Below, in pieces: positions 10,682 to 19,010 of a DNA stretch of 32,185 nucleotides. This DNA is from Patescibacteria group bacterium (GTDB taxonomy: Bacteria > Patescibacteriota > WWE3 > UBA101185 > UBA10185), in assembly GCA_042571445.1 (NCBI GenBank), contig JBHPFT010000003.1:1-32185 (forward strand). Reading direction: 5' to 3'. The notes beneath the pieces were generated by a model that saw only the letters and a program-made list of their open reading frames with translations, had not been told where the DNA came from and did no database searches. A program made the translations under genes and the position numbers. Position 1 is the first letter of the stretch; each line of letters starts with the position of its first letter.

Positions 10682-12094
10682 ATGGAAAAGAAGGGTTTAA
10701 CATTTCTTGCAGTATTATTATTTTTAATAATTCGTATGTGGGGTCTGGGTCCTGATATTTCTAATTCAGATGCGGCTAGGTGGCACAGAAGATCTGAGAG
10801 TTTTCTAACTGCATTAAAAGAAGGTAATTTTAGTGAAACTTACCAAAAGTATCATCCCGGGGTCACTTTAATGTGGATCAACTCTGTTGTTAAGCAAGCT
10901 GCCTTCACTTATCAACTAAAGACAACTGGAGAACCAAAAACCTTAGAAAATGCAGACTACTACCCTATCATTCATGGAGTGTCTAAAGGAGTATTGGTTG
11001 TGATACTCACTTTTCTTCTGATACTTCAAATTAAATATATTTCTAGGCTATTTGATAAGAAAACTGCCCTGATTTATGCCTTTTTAATAGCAGTAGAGCC
11101 CTACCTAATAGGTATAAATAGGTGGTTTCACTTAACTTCTCTTGAAGTTTTCCTAGTTTTTACATCTCTTTTAGCACTTTTAGTGTGGAGTAAGGAAAAA
11201 GAGAAGAAAACATTAGTTTTTTCCTCGATGCTTTTTGGTTTAGCAGTATTAACAAAGACCTCAGCTCTAATTCTTTTTCCTGTATTTCTCTATATATTTA
11301 TTAAGGAGAGAAGGTGGAGAGATCTCGGAATATTTGTGTTGGTTTCGATAGCAACATTCTTCGTTTTATTTCCTGCAATGTGGGTGCAGCCTAGACAAGT
11401 TATTCAGAAGATAGCTAGTTCTCTCTTTGGAGCAGTATCTGAAGATATCAGAACTAGTTTAATCTCACCTATCTTAGTTCCTTTCTACTACATTATTATG
11501 TTAGCTTTTAGACTTTCTCCTATTACCTTAGTACTATTTCTATTTTCTTTATGGAAACACAAAAGAAGTAAAGATTTTAATATTCTTATTCTTCTTCTTT
11601 GTATTGTTTCATATTACTTAGTCCTAACCCTAGCTAACCAAAAGATAGATAGGTATATAATTAGTTTTATTCCATATACACTACTTTTGATTGCTACTAC
11701 AAGGATCCCAAAGATAGTGTTTCTACCTTCCCTGGCCTTTTTAGCTTATGTAGTTACTATGTACTGCCCTGTCTTTTCTGGGTATTACTCACCAGTATTT
11801 GGCGGTACAAAGCAGGTATTAAAGCTGGGACTTTATGATAATAGTGGGGAGTATTTCTCACAAGCAGCCACTTACCTTAACGAGAAAGGGAGAGACAAAA
11901 ATGTGTATGTTCCAAACAATGTAGAATCATTCTCTTACTACTACAAAGGTAACCTACAGAGAGAATTTAATGAGGACACTGACTACATTGTTAGAAGTTT
12001 ATATATGAACAGAAATGAGTTCAAAGAAAATATGTGTCCGAGCATTGATAAGTCTTTTGATAAAGATACGGTTCGAATTTACGTTTGCAATTAG
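10682..12094 (+). CDS. GT-C fold membrane glycosyltransferase (GT39/ArnT-like)
   Basis: NSDAARW loop, HPGVTLMW, EPYL, LTK, DRYI motifs; polytopic. Confidence 0.75.
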   Translation: MEKKGLTFLAVLLFLIIRMWGLGPDISNSDAARWHRRSESFLTALKEGNFSETYQKYHPGVTLMWINSVVKQAAFTYQLKTTGEPKTLENADYYPIIHGVSKGVLVVILTFLLILQIKYISRLFDKKTALIYAFLIAVEPYLIGINRWFHLTSLEVFLVFTSLLALLVWSKEKEKKTLVFSSMLFGLAVLTKTSALILFPVFLYIFIKERRWRDLGIFVLVSIATFFVLFPAMWVQPRQVIQKIASSLFGAVSEDIRTSLISPILVPFYYIIMLAFRLSPITLVLFLFSLWKHKRSKDFNILILLLCIVSYYLVLTLANQKIDRYIISFIPYTLLLIATTRIPKIVFLPSLAFLAYVVTMYCPVFSGYYSPVFGGTKQVLKLGLYDNSGEYFSQAATYLNEKGRDKNVYVPNNVESFSYYYKGNLQREFNEDTDYIVRSLYMNRNEFKENMCPSIDKSFDKDTVRIYVCN

Positions 12095-12111
12095 TACTAC
12101 CTACAGTTATT

Positions 12112-13341
12112 TTATTCTAGATAGCTTCTTATATCTTTATTTTTTAAGTTCTTAGATATAACGGTAATCTTAGGATATTGATTTAGTATTTCTTGAGAGA
12201 CCGTTCTAACATTTCCTACATTGACTTTTTTTATAGTGTCTATGTCGTATAGGTGATTCTGTTTCTTTGTTCCATGTAGTAAAACTGTAGAGTAGTAGTC
12301 CGCACGAATAGAAACTTTCTCAAAATCAAATATTTGAGAGGCAACTATTGGTATTTTTATAGTTTCTACTGCCCTAGTACTCAATACATTAGTCAGGTTA
12401 TCTTTTACTTTCATTATATGTTTAATAATATCTCCAACATCTTTTTCTTCAGATGAAAAATAGAATGAAAATAATCCGTAACTCCCCGTAGAGAAGTTTT
12501 CACAAGATACTTTATATGTTAGACCAAGAGTACTTTTTATGAAGTTTCCTAAATAATTGTTTAAAAGTTTAGAAGCTACAAAAGCAGCGTACGAGCTCTC
12601 ATCTTTTAGAGGAAAAGAATAATATGAGATATTTACAAAAGCCTTGTCTAATGAAGGATCTTCTATACATTGAATTTCAAGTTTGTTCTCTTTGCTTATG
12701 CTTAAAACTGGAGAGGTTTCTCCTTTTTTGAATTCTCCAAAGAACTTCTCAACGTATTTTTTAGCTACTTGTTTGTTTACTCCCCCACTTATAACAAGAA
12801 CAAAGTTGTTTGGGTGATATAACCTATCATGGAAATCTTGTATGGTTTTTATATTTAGTCTTTGCACGTCTTCTAACTCTCCTGTATTTAGTTTTCCCAT
12901 CCTCTGATTAGGGAAGATAGTTTTTTTACTCAGTCGTGTTATAGCCTTCTCAGGCATGCTTAGAGATCTTTTTATCTCTTGAACTACAATACTCTTTTGT
13001 TTTTTGAGATCCTCCTTACCAAAGGTTTTAGGTTTTAATATTTCAGATAGGAAATCCAAGCCATCAGGAAAGTGCTGTTTGAGAGTTTTTACCATGAAGA
13101 GTACATCATCTCTACTGGTTACCCCCACAATATTTCCACCAAATGACTTAATCTTATTTTTTTGGGAATTATTAAGTAGTAAATGCTCAACAATATGTGC
13201 TGACCCTATTTCATTTCCTAGTTCATAGTTACTTCCCACCCTACCTCTTAAATGAATAGTTACACTATCTAGGTTTTCATCTGGAATAATGCAAACTCTT
13301 AATCCATTTTCTAATTCAAAGGATTTAGGGATTTTTATCAT
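12112..13341 (-). CDS. M16 family (pitrilysin/insulinase-like) zinc peptidase
   Basis: LENGLRV start, GS.YE...G.AHIVEH (HxxEH), downstream VVQE, FHDRLYHPNNFVLVISG. Confidence 0.9.
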   Translation of the reverse strand: MIKIPKSFELENGLRVCIIPDENLDSVTIHLRGRVGSNYELGNEIGSAHIVEHLLLNNSQKNKIKSFGGNIVGVTSRDDVLFMVKTLKQHFPDGLDFLSEILKPKTFGKEDLKKQKSIVVQEIKRSLSMPEKAITRLSKKTIFPNQRMGKLNTGELEDVQRLNIKTIQDFHDRLYHPNNFVLVISGGVNKQVAKKYVEKFFGEFKKGETSPVLSISKENKLEIQCIEDPSLDKAFVNISYYSFPLKDESSYAAFVASKLLNNYLGNFIKSTLGLTYKVSCENFSTGSYGLFSFYFSSEEKDVGDIIKHIMKVKDNLTNVLSTRAVETIKIPIVASQIFDFEKVSIRADYYSTVLLHGTKKQNHLYDIDTIKKVNVGNVRTVSQEILNQYPKITVISKNLKNKDIRSYLE

Positions 13342-13343
13342 TT

Positions 13344-14006
13344 TTATCTTTCAGATTTGCTGATTTCTTTTTCTTCATGTTTCTTGAGTCTTCTAAATCT
13401 AAAGATTAAAAATACAAATGTTGAAGCTATTATGATTCCTCCTAGGTTAGCACCAAATACTTTTAAGGAGTTTTGAAGCAAGCTCTTACTCTCTTGAGCC
13501 ATTGCGATTCCACTTACACATAAAGGTGGCAATAAAGAAACGGATACAGCAACAGCAGGCAAAGCAGATGGCAATTTTGGATCCATTAGAGTGTATGTGG
13601 CTCCTATTCCAGAAAGAATAGCCACAAAAAGATAAAGATGAGAATATATGCCTCTTGTTAGTATTGCGTTTGTCAGATAAGAGTCAGGGTGAATCATCCA
13701 ACTAGAGAAATAGGAAAGAACAAGAACAAGCCCTACCGAAGTAAATATACCAAATAAAGACCTCCAGAAGGATTTAAAGCTTATGGTAACGATAGCAAGC
13801 CCAAAAGCAAGAATTGGTCGAAGAAGTGGTGCCATTAGCATTCCACCAATGAGTATAGATTCACTATCAAGTGTTAAGCCAAAGGTAGTAATAAGAGTAG
13901 CTAGAGCAAGTAAAAGGTAGTAGTTTGTTCCTATGGTACTCTCTCTAATAACTGTAGCAACAATATTCTTCTTGTGTGTCTCCTTTACTATCGTTGTTAC
14001 GGGCAT
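13344..14006 (-). CDS. DUF389/TIGR00341 family membrane protein
   Basis: LITTFGL..DS..ILIGGMLMAPLLRPI and LPAVAVSVSLLPPLCVSG signatures. Confidence 0.85.
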   Translation of the reverse strand: MPVTTIVKETHKKNIVATVIRESTIGTNYYLLLALATLITTFGLTLDSESILIGGMLMAPLLRPILAFGLAIVTISFKSFWRSLFGIFTSVGLVLVLSYFSSWMIHPDSYLTNAILTRGIYSHLYLFVAILSGIGATYTLMDPKLPSALPAVAVSVSLLPPLCVSGIAMAQESKSLLQNSLKVFGANLGGIIIASTFVFLIFRFRRLKKHEEKEISKSER

Positions 14007-14028
14007 ACATTTATTTTACACAAACTGA

Positions 14029-14057
14029 TTGACATTAAAAACATCTTTTATTACATT
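14029..14057 (+). promoter_or_regulatory. sigma70-type promoter
   Basis: TTGACA (14029-14034), 17 nt, TACATT (14052-14057), upstream of the ATG at 14074. Confidence 0.6.
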
Positions 14058-14073
14058 TAACCTACCTAGAATT

Positions 14074-14604
14074 ATGTCTCCGAAACTTAAAATTAAGATT
14101 AAATCTGTAGTAGTGCTACTTTTGTTTGTTCTTATCCCTATTTATTCCCTTGGTGCCTCCCTTTCATTAAATAGGATAGGTTCTTTAGACCTAGATGGAA
14201 AAACATATAGTGAGTGGTGGTATACAGGCTCAAAACCAACATTTTATGGTACAGCAGTTGAATCTTCTTCAGTTACGGTATCTGTAGATGGTACTGAAGC
14301 TACCACAACTGCAGATGCATCTGGAAACTGGACATATTATTTGAATAAAGATCCTGGAGATTATGCAATAGTTATAACCCAAGGATCAGAAAGCTACTCT
14401 TTTACACTTCACCTAGGGCAAAGTCTCCCTAATGGATCCGTAGAGTCAACAGAAGCTACTTCATCGGTTCCAGAAACAGGCATTGATCAATACATGGCAT
14501 TAATGCTTGGAGTAGGAATAGTACTTTTAGCTACCTATTTTTACATCTCAGGTGATTCGAACAGAAAAGCAGTATTTGAAACCAGAGTTCTAAAAGAAGA
14601 TTAG
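14074..14604 (+). CDS. secreted surface protein with bacterial Ig-like domain and LPXTG-like (VPETG) sorting signal
   Basis: N-terminal signal peptide, PTFYGTA...TADASGNWTY Ig-like pattern, Ser/Thr linker, then VPETG, a hydrophobic helix and a charged tail. The ORF-track TTG start at 14029 is the -35 hexamer. Confidence 0.75.
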   Translation: MSPKLKIKIKSVVVLLLFVLIPIYSLGASLSLNRIGSLDLDGKTYSEWWYTGSKPTFYGTAVESSSVTVSVDGTEATTTADASGNWTYYLNKDPGDYAIVITQGSESYSFTLHLGQSLPNGSVESTEATSSVPETGIDQYMALMLGVGIVLLATYFYISGDSNRKAVFETRVLKED

Positions 14605-15218
14605 TCTTCTACAAAAGGTACAAATGCGAAACTTCCATGCTCTTCTCTTTTGAAGTCATTTTTGTATGTCTTTTCTTCTCTAACAATATTCCATCTCTGA
14701 GGATAAACCATTACACCATTGATCTTTAGTTGGTTCCTCCATACTTTAGGAACACTTCTAACATCTGCAGATACGAGTATTCGATCGAGTTTCGTATTGG
14801 GAATTCCATTTTTTGCACTCTTACAAAAAAGCTCAGACCTTTTTAGTAGTTTTGGATACTTTTTCAAGTTGGTTTCTCCTACGTCACATAGTTCAGGAAC
14901 TATTTCAAAGGAGTACACCCTACCCTTTTCTCCAACAAGGTGAGATAGGAGTGCAGTAACCCATCCAGATCCATATCCTACTTCCATTACCACATCTCCT
15001 GGAAAAACATTTAAAAGTTCAAGCATAAAAGTAACTGTATATGGTTGAGAGATAGTTTGTCCTCTTCCAATTGGCAAAGCATCATCTACATATGCATAAT
15101 CTGAATATTTTTCTGGTATAAAATCTTTTCTATCTACGTATAAAAGGGCCTTCTCAATACTTTCTGATCTTAGAATACCCCTATTTTTTAGATGCTTAAC
15201 CAGGTTTTTGTTACTCAT
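14601..15218 (-). CDS. pcm: protein-L-isoaspartate O-methyltransferase
   Basis: VDRKDF, AYVDDALPIGRGQTISQPY, EVGYGSGW, FAFVPF. Confidence 0.93.
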   Translation of the reverse strand: MSNKNLVKHLKNRGILRSESIEKALLYVDRKDFIPEKYSDYAYVDDALPIGRGQTISQPYTVTFMLELLNVFPGDVVMEVGYGSGWVTALLSHLVGEKGRVYSFEIVPELCDVGETNLKKYPKLLKRSELFCKSAKNGIPNTKLDRILVSADVRSVPKVWRNQLKINGVMVYPQRWNIVREEKTYKNDFKREEHGSFAFVPFVED

Positions 15219-15705
15219 TTAGTTTTATCTCACATAAAATCCTATATCTTTTATCCTCAAAATTAGGAATAGACTCAAAAAGAGCAATCTTATCTATACT
15301 AACCTTCCAGTTAATGTCTTGCTGACTAAAGATTGTATTCTCATTAACTGATCTTGCTAGAGTAACATGCGGTAGTAACTCTCTTTTACTTGTAGTGCTT
15401 ACAAAGACACTTTTTAATTTCTTTTCCATTTTTAATATAGAAGAGTTTTCGGGACCAATAGCCGTAATAATCTTTCCCCCCTTTTGGATAGTTGTTAACA
15501 CTACGTCCATAATAGAAAACATATTGTTAAACATTTTTAATTTTTCGATTTCGCCCTCAACATTTTCAGTTTTCCACGGTGGGATTAGTGTTATATGAAG
15601 ATCAGAAGGATTTAACCACTTTGCTTTTATACCTTTATGTTTTTCCTGAAAGGAAAGATAGTAAGATTCTATGTTTGTTACTGGAATTCCGATAAAAATT
15701 CTCAT
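15211..15705 (-). CDS. thpR: RNA 2',3'-cyclic phosphodiesterase (2H phosphoesterase)
   Basis: MRIFIGI start, two HxT motifs (LHITL, PHVTLAR), LFES near the C-terminus. Confidence 0.88.
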   Translation of the reverse strand: MRIFIGIPVTNIESYYLSFQEKHKGIKAKWLNPSDLHITLIPPWKTENVEGEIEKLKMFNNMFSIMDVVLTTIQKGGKIITAIGPENSSILKMEKKLKSVFVSTTSKRELLPHVTLARSVNENTIFSQQDINWKVSIDKIALFESIPNFEDKRYRILCEIKLNE

Positions 15706-16100
15706 GAATTTCTAATTTTCTCTGCAAGTTTTTCTAGTTCTTCCTGAGATGGTTCTTTATGCCCACTTTCTGATATTTCTCTGAGTGACTTTCCGTGTGA
15801 TGGAAAAAGTTTATAGTGAAAATGAGCTACATCTATTCCCTCAATCGCTAAAAACACCCTTTCTGAGTCTAGAGCTCCCTGAATCATTTTAGCTACCTTA
15901 TTTGCAACCTTTATACCTCCTGCTAAAATCTCTGTGTCTGTGTCAGGGAGGTTTGATTGAGCATGTTTTTTAGGAATAACTAGCGACTGTCCTTCAGAGA
16001 GGGGTCGAATATCAAGAAAGGCTAGATAGTCATCGTCTTCATATACTTTCTGACAAGGTATCTCTCCAGCAACTATTTTACAAAATATACAATCTTTCAT
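15702..16100 (-). CDS. HIT family nucleotide hydrolase
   Basis: DCIFCKIVAGEIPC.KVYEDD..LAFLDIRP...G..LVIPKKH; variant triad HFHYK. Confidence 0.9.
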   Translation of the reverse strand: MKDCIFCKIVAGEIPCQKVYEDDDYLAFLDIRPLSEGQSLVIPKKHAQSNLPDTDTEILAGGIKVANKVAKMIQGALDSERVFLAIEGIDVAHFHYKLFPSHGKSLREISESGHKEPSQEELEKLAEKIRNS

Positions 16101-16102
16101 GC

Positions 16103-16744
16103 TTAAAGTTTACCAAAAACTAGGTATTCATTAGTATTATCTTCTCTAAATTGGTCTAAAAGCTTCAAATTTGCCTTCTCGTAGCGTTTTATTATCTTAT
16201 TTAGCTCTTTTCCGCTGTATTGATGGCAGAATCTAATAGCATCTTTCCTGTCCAAAGAGTCACTTAGGTAGTTTCCTGGATCATCTTTAAAATCCCAAAA
16301 TGTTAAAACTAGTATCCCTTTTCTATTTAGTAAATCTACAAGTGATAGGAACCACTTTTTGCGGAAATATTTATCTGGAATATGATGAGTCACTCCAAAA
16401 GCTACAATTAAATCAAACTTATCTTGAATTTCTTTAAGATCGGAAAATACATCTATATTGAAAAACTTATCATTTCCATATTTCTTTCTAGCTACATCCA
16501 AGACATCGTTATTTATGTCTAAACCAACGTATTTAATATCTGGAAACTTCTGAGAAAGATATTCGTAAAATCTTCCGTCTCCACAACCAAGGTCTAAAAC
16601 ACTCATCTCATCATTTTTTATATGTTTTACTGCCCTATCCCATCCTTTCCATGGTTTGTTAAAGGTTTCAGCAAACTTTTTACCCATCTGTTGGTAAAAT
16701 TTTTTATTTAAGTTTATTATTTGCTTAATGCGTTTTTCGTCCAT
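16103..16744 (-). CDS. class I SAM-dependent methyltransferase, Trm9/ALKBH8-like
   Basis: VLDLGCGDGR motif I; FY....KFAETFNKPW N-terminal motif; FDLIVAFGVTHHIP and G.LVLTFW resemble Trm9-type motifs. Start placed at ATG 16744. Confidence 0.8.
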   Translation of the reverse strand: MDEKRIKQIINLNKKFYQQMGKKFAETFNKPWKGWDRAVKHIKNDEMSVLDLGCGDGRFYEYLSQKFPDIKYVGLDINNDVLDVARKKYGNDKFFNIDVFSDLKEIQDKFDLIVAFGVTHHIPDKYFRKKWFLSLVDLLNRKGILVLTFWDFKDDPGNYLSDSLDRKDAIRFCHQYSGKELNKIIKRYEKANLKLLDQFREDNTNEYLVFGKL

Positions 16745-18377
16745 AAATGAAAATAAAGAGATTCTAGTTGATATTATCTCAAAAATTGCATCATTAGAGA
16801 ATCCAAGACATGAACAGGTAGCTAGTATCATTTCTAAAAACCCTGATATTACAGGTAATCTTTTTTCTAAAAAAGATGTACTCCAAGCATATAGGCAGTT
16901 AAAGAAGGAAATTAATCTAGATCCAGTAAAAGAAAAGGTATTTCTTCAAAGAGTAAAGATAAGGAAGGTAAGAACAATATCTGGAGTAACTCCAGTAACT
17001 GTACTCACTAAACCATATAAGTGTCCTGGAGGGTGTATTTATTGTCCTTCCGAGAACGGTCTTCCTAAAAGTTACCTATCTTCAGAACCTGGTGCACAAA
17101 GAGCTGTAGCAAATAAGTTCCATCCATATCTTCAAGTATTTAATAGACTAGTTGCATATAAAAACATTGGGCATCCTACAGAAAAGATAGAACTAATTGT
17201 TCTTGGGGGTACGTGGTCGTATTACACAAAAGATTATCAACGATGGTTCATTATGAACTGTTTTAAAGCAATGAATGACTACAACGGTCAAACTGAACCT
17301 ATTGATGTATCTACTTATGAAGATAAAGAGCAAAAGACTTCCTGGGAGGACTTATTTAGTGAACAAAAGATAAATGAAACCACTCAAAGTAGGTGTGTTG
17401 GTATGTCTTTGGAGACAAGACCAGATTATGTAACCAAAGAAGAAGTAGAGAGAATGAGAAAGCTAGGAGCAACAAAAGTTCAAATAGGTGTTCAAACTCT
17501 AAGTAATAAGATACTTCGGATGAATAATAGAGGTCACACTGTAAAAGATACTAAGAATGCATTTGATTTACTGCGACTCGCAGGTTTTAAGATTCAGGCA
17601 CACTTCATGCCCAATCTTTATGGAAGTAATCCATCAAAAGATATTTCTAATTTCAAAAAGCTGTTTAGTAGGAAATTTAGACCAGATGAGTTAAAGATTT
17701 ACCCCTGTTCTTTAATAGAAGGGACCGATCTCATGACATTAAGAAGAAAACATCTATGGGAGCCCTATTCTGAAGAGACCTTATCTTACGTTTTAGAAAA
17801 CCTACTTATGCTTGTTCCTAGGTATTGCAGAGTAACTAGAGTAATCAGGGATATTTCATCTGATGATATTGTGGAAGGTAATAAAAAGACTAACTTTAGG
17901 CAAATTGTTGAAAAGAAGTTAAAGGAAAGAAATCTACACCCTAAAGATATCAGATATAGGGAGATACGAGGAGAGGAAGTTAATTCCAATGAGTTATCTC
18001 TGAAGATAACAAAATATAAAACAGTAGTATCTGAAGAGATATTTCTAGAGTATCTAACAAAAGAAGATAAAATAGCAGGGTTTCTAAGGCTGTCTTTACC
18101 AACTAAGGAGAATTTCTTAGAAGAACTTAAAGATTGCTCAATCATCAGAGAAGTTCATGTGTATGGACAATCTCTAGAATTAGGTTCTCAGAAGTTGGGA
18201 AAGGCTCAGCATACTGGATTGGGGACTAAACTAATAAAGGTAGCTGAAAAAATATCAATAGATAAGAAATTTAAACAGATCTCAGTAATATCCTCTGTAG
18301 GAACAAGGAAATATTACGATAAGTTTGGCTATATTTTAGGCAGCCTTTATCAAACCAAGAACTTACTCACACCCTAG
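16728..18377 (+). CDS. elp3: Elp3 tRNA uridine(34) carboxymethyltransferase (radical SAM + GNAT)
   Basis: RTISGVTPVTVLTKPYKCPGGCIYCP (CxxxCxxC), PKSY...EPGAQRA, GGTW, ETRPD, HFMPNL, PDELKIYP, IREVHVYG, QHTGLG, VISSVGTRKYY. TATTAT lies 7 nt before the ATG. Confidence 0.93.
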   Translation: MRFSSINENKEILVDIISKIASLENPRHEQVASIISKNPDITGNLFSKKDVLQAYRQLKKEINLDPVKEKVFLQRVKIRKVRTISGVTPVTVLTKPYKCPGGCIYCPSENGLPKSYLSSEPGAQRAVANKFHPYLQVFNRLVAYKNIGHPTEKIELIVLGGTWSYYTKDYQRWFIMNCFKAMNDYNGQTEPIDVSTYEDKEQKTSWEDLFSEQKINETTQSRCVGMSLETRPDYVTKEEVERMRKLGATKVQIGVQTLSNKILRMNNRGHTVKDTKNAFDLLRLAGFKIQAHFMPNLYGSNPSKDISNFKKLFSRKFRPDELKIYPCSLIEGTDLMTLRRKHLWEPYSEETLSYVLENLLMLVPRYCRVTRVIRDISSDDIVEGNKKTNFRQIVEKKLKERNLHPKDIRYREIRGEEVNSNELSLKITKYKTVVSEEIFLEYLTKEDKIAGFLRLSLPTKENFLEELKDCSIIREVHVYGQSLELGSQKLGKAQHTGLGTKLIKVAEKISIDKKFKQISVISSVGTRKYYDKFGYILGSLYQTKNLLTP

Positions 18378-18995
18378 ATTTACTAAACACTCAGATTTCT
18401 CCTCTGCTGATGGCATCATGTCACACATACTACACATACTCTTTGCATCTTCTTGGAATTGGGTCATTTGTTCTTCCATATCCTCCATCATCTGACTCAT
18501 ATCTACAAATTCAACATCACTTGGAGGATTAAACTTTGAGTTATCTGGGATCCAAGCTCTACACTTAAAATTAGTTTCTTTTTTCACATCTTGATATTCT
18601 CCGTACGCTTCTTTCATTTCTGCTGCAGTAGGCATCTCAAAGTCTTCCTTTTCCATATCAAACTCAGAAAGTTTCATCTTTGTACCCTGTTCCTGTACAT
18701 TTGACCATGTATACATCCACTCACCATCAATTATTGTATGTGATTCAAAGTCTTCCCCACCCTCTGCTGATGCGTAGAGATCGTTTCTTGATTTCTTTCC
18801 TGCTATGTATATAGTACCTTCAGACTCCCCATCTTCACTTACATCACTAAATGTACACTTAGTATTCTTTCCAAGTTTCATTAGATCAAAAAAAGAACCA
18901 CTAAATAGTTCTTCTTCACTAGCCTTTTTCTTTAAACAACCTGTAAGAGAAATAGATACCACAATAAGTAGAGCAATAGTTAATGCTTTTTTCAT
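18363..18995 (-). CDS. putative lipoprotein of unknown function
   Basis: MKK, hydrophobic stretch, LTGC lipobox; AGGAG Shine-Dalgarno; Cys-rich C-terminus. Confidence 0.75.
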   Translation of the reverse strand: MKKALTIALLIVVSISLTGCLKKKASEEELFSGSFFDLMKLGKNTKCTFSDVSEDGESEGTIYIAGKKSRNDLYASAEGGEDFESHTIIDGEWMYTWSNVQEQGTKMKLSEFDMEKEDFEMPTAAEMKEAYGEYQDVKKETNFKCRAWIPDNSKFNPPSDVEFVDMSQMMEDMEEQMTQFQEDAKSMCSMCDMMPSAEEKSECLVNLGCE

Positions 18996-19010
18996 AGATA
19001 CTCCTTTAAA

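Noticed and set aside
16745-16831. N-terminal extension of the methyltransferase given by the ORF track
   Set aside because: It is antisense to Elp3 codons and has no methyltransferase-like sequence; ATG 16744 is preferred.
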